Positions 35,719-47,299 of a DNA stretch of 64,000 nt are shown here, piece by piece. Below the pieces are notes generated by a model. That model was not told the origin of the DNA. It saw nothing but the letters and a program-made list of their open reading frames with translations, and did no database searches. A program made the position numbers and the translations under genes. The stretch is from the human T2T-CHM13v2.0 reference genome, Homo sapiens. Within the stretch, counting starts at the first letter, position 1, and each line of letters opens with the position of its first letter. The stretch lies in the NCBI RefSeq assembly GCF_009914755.1, contig NC_060932.1. One strand, 5' to 3'.

Positions 35719-38700
35719 GATGAGTGTGAATCTTACAGACCATTATTAAGCACTTTGATTTTACAAATGTATGAGCCAGTGAGGGCGTAAGTGGAGTTGC
35801 TGGAAAAAGCAGCCAGTTGAAGTCATCTTGGTTGTGTTCCCTGGACCCGAGGGAGATAAAGTGCTGCTGGATGCTATCTCCCATGCACTGTGCTGCAGCC
35901 TCACCCCAGGATGGCTCAGGATGCCATGGTGCATTTCCACACAGGCCACCAGAGTCATCATTAGACCTGGGCATAGAACTAGGGCAGAGAGAAAGAGTTA
36001 CAAACGGTAAAGCCTTCGCATTGTCCTGACACAACCAGCAGAACCTGAGGAGGGTGTTTCCCCTGTCTGGAGTTGTCTTGCTTCTGTTCAGTCCAGGTTT
36101 TTCTCAGCCAAGACATGGGCCCTAGCCCCATCACGCACCAGCTGTTTTCTAAGTCCCCCCACAATCTCCATCTTATATTCCAATCAAAAATTTTTCTTAC
36201 AATTCTGCAAGCTGCCTCAAGTCTTGTGCAGAATAAGGCACAAAATAAACACTAGTACTTACCATCATATGCAGATGGCAAAACATAAAATATATTACGT
36301 GACTGGAGATGTGCACCCTGCAAACCCAGTGCTACTACAAACAACTGGTGGGTGATGAAATTTCTTGCGAAGTTATCAACCCTCAGTCTCTAGGGCAACG
36401 AACAAGTAGAGGGGTGTCATGGCACCACTCATAAGAAATCACTTCATAGGACAGAAATATTTTGACCACTTTGTCACTTAGATTTTAACATTAAGGAAGA
36501 AATCAGAATCACAGCCCCCAACTCCAGAAGTGAGTCTACCAGGAACTGTAACAGGTCATTAGACAGTGTTTAGTCCTGGGTGTATTTTCTTCAAAGTTTC
36601 TGTGGTAAACAGTCTCCAAAACAAACACCAACGGATCCTGCGTCTAAAGGCACTTGTCTACCAAACACTTCCTTTTAGAAAGTACTAATCAGTGACTCAG
36701 CCTGGTGACTCCTCACCCTAAAGTCCCTTTGGCTTCAGGAAGGGCCGGTTCTATGACATCAGTTCAGAGACTTGTAATTTTTATTCCCAAACATCAGTAC
36801 AGGCACTTAAAAGGAGAAAATAAATATCAGGTATCTTCCTCAGTACTCCCAAATAGACAAACGTCCATTCTGTCGAGATTCCCTTTTTTGAGAACACATC
36901 AGTGTGTTGCTTTAAGAGGTGTAGCTGCAGTAAAGTAATGCATTTTCAGCTGAGAAAGGGAAAAGTGAAGAAGAGTAAAGGATGTTAGATTATCCTTCCC
37001 TCTCCACAATTCCAGATGGTACTGCTTTTGGCAGCGGATGTGGCAAATCATGTGACATAGAGCTCATTCCTTCTTTTTCTGCATTAGCCTTTGTAAGATG
37101 CTCTTTGTGTGTGTGCATTGTGTGGAGATATGGGCTTCAGGAGCAGGGATGGGAAACAGAGCAGCAGAGAATGGCCTAAGGTCAAGAGTTTTGAGTTTTT
37201 GAGACAGATTACTCTGGGCTTAGATCTCACCATGCTCTAATACTCAGTTATCTTATCTGGAGACAGAATATGATTCTACTAATTTTTCAGATATTGACAT
37301 TGAGAACAATATATATCTACTATACTGCTTAACTCATAGAGAAAATAAATGAAATAAAATGAAAGAAATGCTATGTAAAATGACTAACGTATATTAAGTA
37401 GTCAATACATGAAAACACCACTATTATTATTATTATTATCATGATCAGTAGCATAGTAGTGGCAGCACAGCTTATGTGGACTGGCTGAGCCAAAGTATGG
37501 TTCAGGAGATGGCTCTAGATGGGCTGTCTAGATGCAGGCAGTGTGTGCCTTCTCCATGAAAAGAAACCACAATAATAAGTAGATACTCACATTTCTAACA
37601 GATCATGTAAGTGTTCCCTAAGAACAAGCATTAAGGCTCATCAGCAAAGTGACAAGAAGCACCAAAAGTAAGTAACGAGATGGTTCGAGGCAGTGTGCCC
37701 AGCTGGGAATTGGTTGGGAGCTGGAGAGGCTCCAGGACAGGGAAAGAAAAACAGAGACTCATAAGGGATTCTGTGCTACAAAATGAGATTTTACCATCCT
37801 GGCTACTGGAGAACCCCTTGACACATGTGGGCCTTGGGCCTAACATAGTGAGTTGCCCAGAGACAGCACAAAGATGTTGCTTCAGAAAGGGAACCCACAG
37901 AATCTCACAGGCTCTGAGCCTAGAGCAGCTTCAACTTGGTGCCATTCTGAGAGCCGAGTTACTGGGGATCTGCAGACACAGTACTGCTGCTGCACTCCTC
38001 CAAGGAGGGAAAGCGGAGATCACCTGCTCCCATGCACCCATGGGAAGGTCCCCATCCATAGCCCTACTGCAGGCCGCCGTGAGACTGAGATGAGGGTGGG
38101 CCACACTCCCCATCACTTCTTGCCCATGCTGTTCTCCTGAGAGGGGCCCCACCCTTTCCAGGCACAAGCCCACGGCCAGCACCGTTTTGAGAGTTTATCG
38201 CTGGGTTGCTCTTGGACTGAATTCATGCTGATACTACTGCATCTGTGGCTCAACTAAGGAGGGAGAGGGATGCCAGGCTCTCCTGTTCACACCTAGGACA
38301 ATACCTACCATTCTGCTATGGGCCACTGTGAGAGTTGTGAGTGGACCATGCTCCACACAGCTTCTTACCCAGACAGCTCACCTGAGAGGGACCTCACGTA
38401 CTCTGGACATGGACACAGTCAGTGCCATTCTGAGAAGTGAACACTGGACTATACCCTGCCCTTGGGCTGAGCTCTGACTGACGTTACTGCAAACACAGCC
38501 CAGCCCAGGAGGGAGGGAGAGGCCGGATACTCCTTCACACCCTGGGACAATTCCTCCTGCCCTGCTGCAGGTTGCTGAGAGACCAAAACTCAAGCAGACC
38601 ACACTCTCCACAGTGTTCGGTCCAAGCTGTTGCCAGAGAGGTGCCCCACCCTCTCTGGTTGTGGGCCCACAGCTGGTGCTGTTTCCAGTGCAGTGCTGGG

Positions 38701-39085
38701 CTGTACCCCACCCTCAGACCAGGCATGGACTAACATTGCCGCAACTATCTCCATGCTGTGGAGGGAGAAGGCAGATCAGGCACTCCATGCACCCTGAAGA
38801 CAATTCCCACCACTCTGCTATCCTTGCTGTGGGACTGAGGCATGAGCAGTCTGCGTTTCCCATAGCTTCGTACCCATACTGCTCTATCTGAGAGGGGTCC
38901 CACCCTCCCTGGTGGCAGGCCCACAGCACAGCAACCACAGCTCACACCTGAGCATTCTGCCAGTGGCCTGGGGACCACTCCATCTCTGCCTGTCACAGCC
39001 AGCACCCAAAGACCCTACCAGGAGGCCTGAAGATAAGTCTTCTGACCCAGAGCCATTCACGTCACCCAGGGCCCAGAAATTTCCC

Positions 39086-39173
39086 AGTCCCGTCCACCAC
39101 TGTTGGCACCTGATCACCCCTGCTGGGGCAGCCCCATCCACCACTGTTGGCACCTGATCACCCCTGCCGGGGC
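39086..39173. repeat. 44-bp tandem duplication within L1 5' UTR
   Basis: tccaccactgttggcacctgatcacccctgc(t/c)ggggc at 39093 and 39137. Confidence 0.95.
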
Positions 39174-39666
39174 TGAAGTTGTGCTAACTCAATCTACTGA
39201 CACCACCACAGTTGACACCCGCCCAACCCATTGCAGCCACCTCCAACACTAGCGTGGACTGCGTGGGTTGCAACTCCACAGCCACTGCCATCATTCACAC
39301 CAGACCAGCTGAGACCCTGGGCTACATGCCAGCCCACCACTCCCACTACCAGCATCTTAACAATCCACCTGGAGGCCCAAGAATTGGCCTCCTAATTCCC
39401 GCCAACACTGGTGCCAAGATAAGCTGGGCTGAGACTTAAGAGCAGGCACATTCAGCTTACTGCTGCCACTACCAGGGCCTGAAGAGCAGCTTACCTGGCA
39501 TCCTAGTCCCCAGCAAAACTGCACCACAGCCTCAACTAATAACTCTACCCTAAGGCACCAAAAAAATCATACATATCACTGACCCTGTGTATTGCCAAAG
39601 AAATCATACAGGGTTTACATTACAACAGGCACTCAAAATCAAAGCCAAAGCATCCCACTGAACCTA

Positions 39667-39954
<288 letters not shown>

Positions 39955-40104
39955 CTACACCATATGCACAGATATCCATGGACGGACACAGAAAACATGA
40001 AAAAGCAAGGAAATGTGACACTGCCAAAGGATCACAACAACTGTGCAGCAGCAGATCCTAATCAAAAGGAGTTCCTCAAAATGCCAAAAGAAGACATTTA
40101 TGCA

Positions 40105-40168
40105 GCCACTGCACTCCAGCCTGGGCGACACAGCAAGACTCTGTCTCAAAAAAAAAAAAAAAAAAAAA
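40105..40168 (+). mobile_element. Alu 3' stub
   Basis: gccactgcactccagcctgggcgacacagcaagactctgtctc plus A run. Confidence 0.92.
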
Positions 40169-43100
40169 GGAAATCAAATGGTAGCATGAGAGAACTCCAT
40201 CAAACTGCTAAGTCAAACAGAAAATAAAAAGAAACAAGGAATCTACAAAGCAACTAGGTAACAATTAACATTATGACAGGAACAAATCCTCAATATCAAT
40301 TTTAATCCTGAACATAAATGGGTTAAATGCTCCACTTCAAAAATATAGATTGGTGGAATGGATTAAGGAAAAAAAAAAGAACCAACTCTATGCTGCTTAC
40401 AAGAAACTCACCTTCCTGGTAAAGAAAAATAGACTGAAGGTAAAGAGGTGGAAAAAGATATTCCACACAAACAGAAGTCAAAAGCAAGCAGGAGTACCTA
40501 TACCTATATCAGATAAAATAAACTTTAAATCAACAACAATAAGAAAGACAAAGAAGGCCATTATATAATGATAAAGGGATCTATTCAACAAGAGGATATA
40601 ACAATCACCCAACACTAGGTGCACTGTAAATATATTTATTTATCCTTCCCAAGAACAGGATACACATTCTTCCTATCAGTGCATGGAACATTCTCCAAGA
40701 TAGAACATGTGTTAGGCCACCAAACATGTCTCAATAATTTTAAAAAACAAGTTTTAATGATACTAGGTATCTTCTCATACCACAGAGGAATAAAACTGTA
40801 AATGAATTCCAAGAGGAACACTCAAAATCATACAAATACATGGGAATTAAACAACATACTCAGAAATGATATTTGTGCCAATGACAAAATTAAGACAGAA
40901 ACTTTAAAAATTAAAATAAATAAAAATATACACAATATACCAAAACCATCTGGGGTACAGCAAAAGCAATTCCAAGAAAGAAGTTTCTGGTCTTCAATGC
41001 CTACATCAAAAGAAATGAAAAACAACAAATTAACAACCTAATGTTGCATACCTCAAGGGACTAGGAATAAAAAGAACAAACTAAACCCAAAGCTAGCAAA
41101 AAAATAAATAAATAACAAACAGATCAAAGCAGGACTAAATAAAATTGACAATGAAAGCACAATGCAAAGGATCTATGGAATGAAAAGTTGGTTCTTTCAG
41201 AAAATAAAACAAAATAGATAGACTGCTAGCTAGACTAACCAAGTAGAGAGAAGATCCAAATAAACATAATCAGAAATTAAAAAGGGGACATTAAAACTGA
41301 GAACACAGACATACAAAAGATCAACAGAGACTACTATGAATAGCTATATGATTATAAGCTAGGGAACCTAGAGGAAATGGGTAAATTTTTGGAAGTATAT
41401 AACCTCTCACTATTGAACCAGGAAGAAATAGAAATCATGGACAGACCAATAGCAAGTAGTGGGATTGAAACAATAATAAAAAAAGTCTCCCAACCAACAA
41501 AAAATCCAGAACCAGATGTATTCACAGCTGAATTCTACCAAATGTACAAAGAAGAACTGGTGCCAATCCTCCTGAAATTCTTCCAAGAAAATAAAGGAGG
41601 GAATCTTCCTTAAATCATTCCATGAAGGCAGTATCACTCTGATATCAAAGTCAGAAAACTACAGACCAATATCTCTGGTGAACATAGATGCAAAAATCCT
41701 CAAAACAAAACAAAACAAAACAACAACAACAAGAACAAAAAAAACCCACCAGCAAACCAAATCCAACAACACATCATAAAGAGAGTACACCATAGTAACA
41801 TTGTTTTTTTTTTCCAGGAATGCAAGGATGGTTCAGTATATGCAAATCAATAAACGTAATTCATCACATAAACAGAATTTAAAACAAAAACTCTGGGATT
41901 ATCTTAATGGATGCAGAAAAAGCATTTGATAAAATTCAACATCTCTTCATGATAAAAAAAAAAAACCTCAACAAACAAGCACAGAAGAAATATACCTCAA
42001 AATAATAAATACTAAATCTATTATTATTTATTGTAAAGATAAATATGATAAAAGCCATATATGACAAACCCACAGCAACATCATACTGAAGAGTTTTCTC
42101 TGGGTTTTCTTCTAGAGAAAGGGGAAAAGTAGAAAGTATTTCCCTTAAGAACTGTAACAAAACAAGGATGGCCAGTTTTATTGCTTCTCTTCATCATAAC
42201 ACTGGAAGTCCTAGCCAGAGCAATAGGCAAGAGAAAGAAATAAAAGGCATACAAAAAACAGGAAGTCAAATTATCTCTATGAGCTGATGATGTGATCTTA
42301 TACCTGGAAAACTCTAAACACTTCTCTAAAACACACCTAGATTTAATAAATGATTTCGGTAAAGTTTCAAAATACAAATCAACATACAAAAATTGGCAGC
42401 ATTTTTATACTCCAATAATAATCAAGATGAAAACACAACCAAGAACACAATCACATTTACAGTAGCCACAGACAAAAATAAAATACCTAAGAATACATCT
42501 CACCAAGGATATTAAAGATCTCTGCAAGAACTACAATACACTGATTAAAGAAATCATAGCTGACACAACAAATAAAATATCCCATGCTCAAAGATTGGAT
42601 GAATCAATATCATTAAGATGACCACACTGTCCAAACAAACTATTTAACCAGCACTCCCATTACTGGATATCTACCCAAAGGAAAACAAATGATTGTATCA
42701 AAAGAAACCTGCACTCATATGTTTATCACAGCACTATTCATAATAGCAAAGATATGAAATTAACCTAAGTTTGCATCTGCAGATAATTAGGAAAAAAATG
42801 TTATATATATATATATATATATATAATGGAATACTATTCACCCATAAATAAGAGTGAAATCATGTCTTTTGCAGCAACATAGATTTAACTGGAGGCCATC
42901 ATCTTAAGTGAAATAACTCAGAAGCAGAAATTCAATACTGCATGTTCTCACTTAAAAGTGGGAGCTAAATAATGTGTGCACATGGACAAACAGACTGGAA
43001 TAATAGACACTGGAGACCCCAAACGGTGGAAGACTAGGAGGGGCTTGAGGGATAAGAAATTCCTTAATGAATACAATGTGTATTATTTGGGTGATGGTTG

Positions 43101-43499
43101 CACTAAAGGCTTAGACATTATGCAGTATATCCATGTAATAAAACTGCACTTGTACTCCTTAAATTTATGCAAAGGAAAACATAAAATTATATATTGTTCA
43201 GTGTGATCTTGCTCTGAAGAGGTTTTCTCAGTTTTCTGATGTGATTCATAGCTTGTCAGCTGTACTGTCTCAGAATCAAGAAATTGTCCAAGAAGCTCCC
43301 CCAGGGGCTGGCTCTAGGATAAAGTATGACATCAGAACAACAAGAATAAGAATTATTTTGGTTTTACACATCTCAGACCATCAAGAAGTGTCAAGTTAAC
43401 AGAGTCAAAAGAACCCATGGTAGGAGAAAAAAATGATTCCAAGGAAGGGAGAGGTATGCAATCAGCAGTTTAAGGGCTTTGCCTGGCTTTGAAGTCAGC

Positions 43500-44040
43500 C
43501 ACCTTTATTTACTAAACTATTTTGACATTCATCTGCTTATTAAGTATTTATTAAATACCTAACGTATGTTAGGCACTGCATGTATAATGATGAACAAAGT
43601 AGAATTTATCCCTAATGAATGAGACTGAACATTTTAAAATAAAACATATACATAAGTATCCGTTGTGTTAAGTGCAGTGAGGTTGGGGAAGGATACACAG
43701 TGCAGTGAAAAAATAAGATGGGAAGTGTTTTATAGCTCAGCAGGTGAGAGACAGTGTCTTTGAGGAAGTTCTATTAAACCTGAGATCAGAGGGATGGGCA
43801 GGAGTTAGCCAGGCAAAGGGAAGGAAAAAAACCTTTCCAGACACAGGAAGCCACATGCTGAGGTCCTTGAGGAAAGAAAAAGATTGACTGTGTGAGAACC
43901 TGAGAGAAGGTCAAAGTGACATTGGCATGACAGCATTACAAGAAATCAAGGAGAGAGTGGAACAGATGAAGATGGAGAAGTCAGTAGAAGAAAATAAATC
44001 AGGGCCATTTAGGTCATGTTACAGAGTTTCAATAAGCAAA
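43500..44040. mobile_element. L2 fragment
   Basis: tatttattaaatacctaacgtatgttaggcactg...ggagttagccaggcaaagg. Confidence 0.7.
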
Positions 44041-44154
44041 ACACTGACATAATTTGATTTAGTACTAAAAAATCTCACTCCCAATGTTCTGTGGGTCACA
44101 GATGGGAAGGGGACACAAGTGCACATGGAAAGGACTACTAAGGGGTTATTGTCA

Positions 44155-44392
44155 CTCTTCTTTTTCCTTCCCCTTCTCTCTTCTTCATTTTCCTTCCCCT
44201 TCTGTTCTTCATTTTCCTTCCCCTTCTGTTCTTCATTTTCCTTCCCCTTCTCTTCTCCTTCCTTTTCTTTCCCCTTCTCTTCTCCTTCCTTCAGGTCTTT
44301 CCCCATCCCTTTCCTTCCAGTTAGTTTCCTTTCCTTTCTTTTATTTATATCCCTTCCCCTTTTTAGTCTTTCACATCCATTTTCTTCCCTTC
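44155..44392. repeat. Polypyrimidine minisatellite (24-bp unit x3, ~27-bp unit x2)
   Basis: ttcttcattttccttccccttctg repeated from 44181; ccccttctcttctccttcctt twice. Confidence 0.93.
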
Positions 44393-44949
44393 TGGAACAA
44401 TTAAAAAATCCACAAGTTATTAAGTGGGTCAAACAAGGTAAGTGTCTGAGCCAGGGTGGAAAGGCCCTGGTAGTTCAGAGCATCATGTTAGAGCCCCCGC
44501 AGGGTAAAAGCAGTGTGTATGATAAGAAAATGGGAGTGGAAAAACAAAGGGTTTGCATCCCAAGAGGAGTAAGGAGGGCCTCCACGCAGGAAGTCAGCCT
44601 GGTCTGAGAGGTCAAAGACAAGCAGGGTAAAGAACAGGTGCACATCAGTCAGTCTTGGCACCCAGCTTGAAGGGGGTTCCGTTGGCCAAATCACGGATTG
44701 GGTCTCAAAAGAAATAATGATAGTAACAGATTATAAACCACTGACTAAAACAGAAAGCCATGAGTTTAATTGTGATATAAATAAATAAATTGAATGTTTG
44801 ATTTGAAATGGGAAGTTTACATAACATCAAAGTAACTCCCCACAACTCGCTTATTTACTTCAAACAGGAAAAGTGTAAATTCATGATGGAAAAGGGTAAA
44901 TTCATGGTGGAAAATGGTGGCAGACACCACCACAAGTGTGTATTTATAT

Positions 44950-45528
44950 TCATAGTCTCAACTTTCTCTATGCCCTTTCTCTTTTGAATCTACTCAATAT
45001 ATATTCACATCTTCACCATTCCTTTGAAACCATTGTAATCAAGGTCAACAATGACTTCTACATGATCAACCCTAATAGTCAATTCTCTTACCTGCCCTCT
45101 TAAGAGTTTATTTCACCAATGACCTCCCACACATTCCTAAGAGACGTTATTTTACATGACTTCCATACTCTTCTGGCTCTCCTTCTCCCATACTGACTTT
45201 CTTTTCCTTTTCATTTGCTGTGTTTCTTTCTTTTCACAATAAACATGTGTTGGAGTGACCCAAGGCTCTTCCATGGAACTCCTTTTCTTCTAAATCTTTA
45301 CTCACTCCTTAGGTAAGCTCAAGCAGTACAATGTTGGTTCCCAAATTTACATCAATTAACTGTTTCTTTCTGCTACAGACTCTTCTTTTTTTCAACTTCC
45401 TACTCAACATTCAACATCTTCACTTAGATATTTAATAGAACTCACAAATTCACTAAGTCAAAAGCTGAATTCTTGATTCCATCCTCTCCACCAAAACCCA
45501 CTCCTCTCCTAGTGTTTCTGACCTCATT
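44950..45528. mobile_element. L2 fragment
   Basis: caaggtcaacaatgacttc...cacttagatatttaatagaactcacaaattcac. Confidence 0.6.
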
Positions 45529-45544
45529 AAATTGTGCTATTGTA

Positions 45545-45976
45545 GCAAAGACTTGGAACCAACTCAAATGTCCATCAATGATAGACTGGATTTAAAAAAT
45601 GTGGCACATATACATCATGGAATACTATGCAGCCATTAAAAAGGATGAGTTCATGTCCTTTGCAGGGACATGGATGAAGCTGGAAACCATCATTCTCAGC
45701 AAACCATCACAAGAACAGAAAACCAAACACCACATGTTCTCACTCATAGGTGGGAATTGAACAATGAGATCACTTGGACACAGGGTGGGGAACATCACAC
45801 ACCGGGGCCTGTCAGGGGGTGGGGGGCAGGGGGCTGGGGGAGGGATAGCATTAGGAGAAATACCTAATGTAAATTATGAGTTGACGGCTACAGCAAACCA
45901 ACATGGCACATGTATACTTATGTATCAAACCTGCATGCTGTGCACATGTACCCTAGAACTTAAAGTATAATAAAAA
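45545..45976 (+). mobile_element. 5'-truncated L1PA (3' UTR)
   Basis: ggatagcattaggagaaatacctaatgt...tgtaccctagaacttaaagtataataaaa; exact 16-bp TSD aaattgtgctattgta (45529-45544, 45977-45992). Confidence 0.96.
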
Positions 45977-46384
45977 AAATTGTGCTATTGTATTGGTCCT
46001 ATTGCTTGAACTAAAATCATTAAGATCACCCTCAATTCCTTTCCCATGCCATACTCACCAATAATGCTTAACCCTCAGATGGTACTTACTGAGTGCTAGG
46101 TACAGTTGCAAGTGTTTTGCGTAACTTGCTTAATATTTACAAAATATGAATGAACTAGGTGATTTTTGCCTTCAATTTACTAATAAGGAGGAAAAAGTAC
46201 AGAGGTTGTCATTTTCATAGTATCATAGAGATAGCATGTACCCAAGAAGAGATCTCAAACTTGAGAAGCCTGGTTCTAGAGGCTATGATTGTAACCACCA
46301 CTCTATACTGCCTAGATTGCCCTAAGAATCTCCTAATTTAGTCTCTTGGATTTATTCTTTTCTCTCTACAGGAAATTTTCTATC

Positions 46385-47130
46385 AAAAAGATATGAGACA
46401 ACAAATGTTGGTGAGGCTGTGGAGAAAAGAGAACCTCAACCCTTGTACACTGTCGGTGGGAGTACAAATTGGTACAGCTATCATGAAAAACAGTATGAAG
46501 GTTCATCAAAAAATTAAAAATAGAACTACCATATGATTCAGAGATCCTACTCTGGGAATATATCCAAAAAAGATGAAATTAGTATTTCAATAAGATATCT
46601 GTATCTTCATGTTCATTGCAGAATTTTTCACAATAGTCAACATATGAAATCAATCTAAGCATCCATCTGTAGATGAATGGATAAAGAAATTGTGGTACAT
46701 ATACAAAAGGGATATTATTCAGTCATAGAATAGAAGAAAATTCTGCCATTTGCAACAACATGGTTAAACCTGGAGAACATTATGCTAAGCAAAATAAGCC
46801 ATACATACAAAGACAAACCCTGTGTGGTTGCACTTATATGTAGAACCTGAAAATGCCAAACACTTAGAAGCTAAGAGTAAAGTAAAATGGTGATTGCTAG
46901 AGGCTGGTGAATGGGGGAAATGGGAAGATGCTGGTCAAAGGGTATGAACTTTGAGTTATAAGCTGAACAAACTCTTGGGATCTAACATACAGCATGGGTG
47001 GTGATGAATGTGTTAATTAATTTGACTGTGATAATCATTGAACAATATGTACATATATCTAGCCATCATGTTGTACATCTTGGATGTATCCAATCTTTAT
47101 TTAATAATTAGATATTTTAAAGTAAAAACA
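46385..47130 (+). mobile_element. L1MA-type 3' fragment
   Basis: aaatgttggtgaggctgtggagaaaagagaac...ggtcaaagggtatgaactttgagttataag. Confidence 0.88.
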
Positions 47131-47299
47131 AGGTCCACATAATGTTGAGAATCATTCCTTTAAATCCAAATTCAGCTGACATCACTCTTCTACTTTAACA
47201 TGCTCTAATGGTTTCTTATCACATAAAGACAAAAACAAAGCCGTGTTACCATGACTACAGGGTCCTGTGGCTCTAACTCACAAAGTCTTCTGCCTCTAG

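Noticed and set aside
39086-39173. CRISPR-like direct repeats
   Set aside because: Two abutting copies with no unique spacer, in a primate L1; a simple tandem duplication
37631-39439. Dense overlapping ORFs on both strands
   Set aside because: GC-richer L1 5' UTR has few stops; no protein similarity recognised
40273-42650. Functional L1 ORF2 (endonuclease/RT)
   Set aside because: Frameshifts, stops and large internal deletions (near 40620 and 42640)
44019-44607. 137-162 aa ORFs with repeated EEQKGKEN / FPFCSSFS units
   Set aside because: Produced by the 24-bp pyrimidine minisatellite
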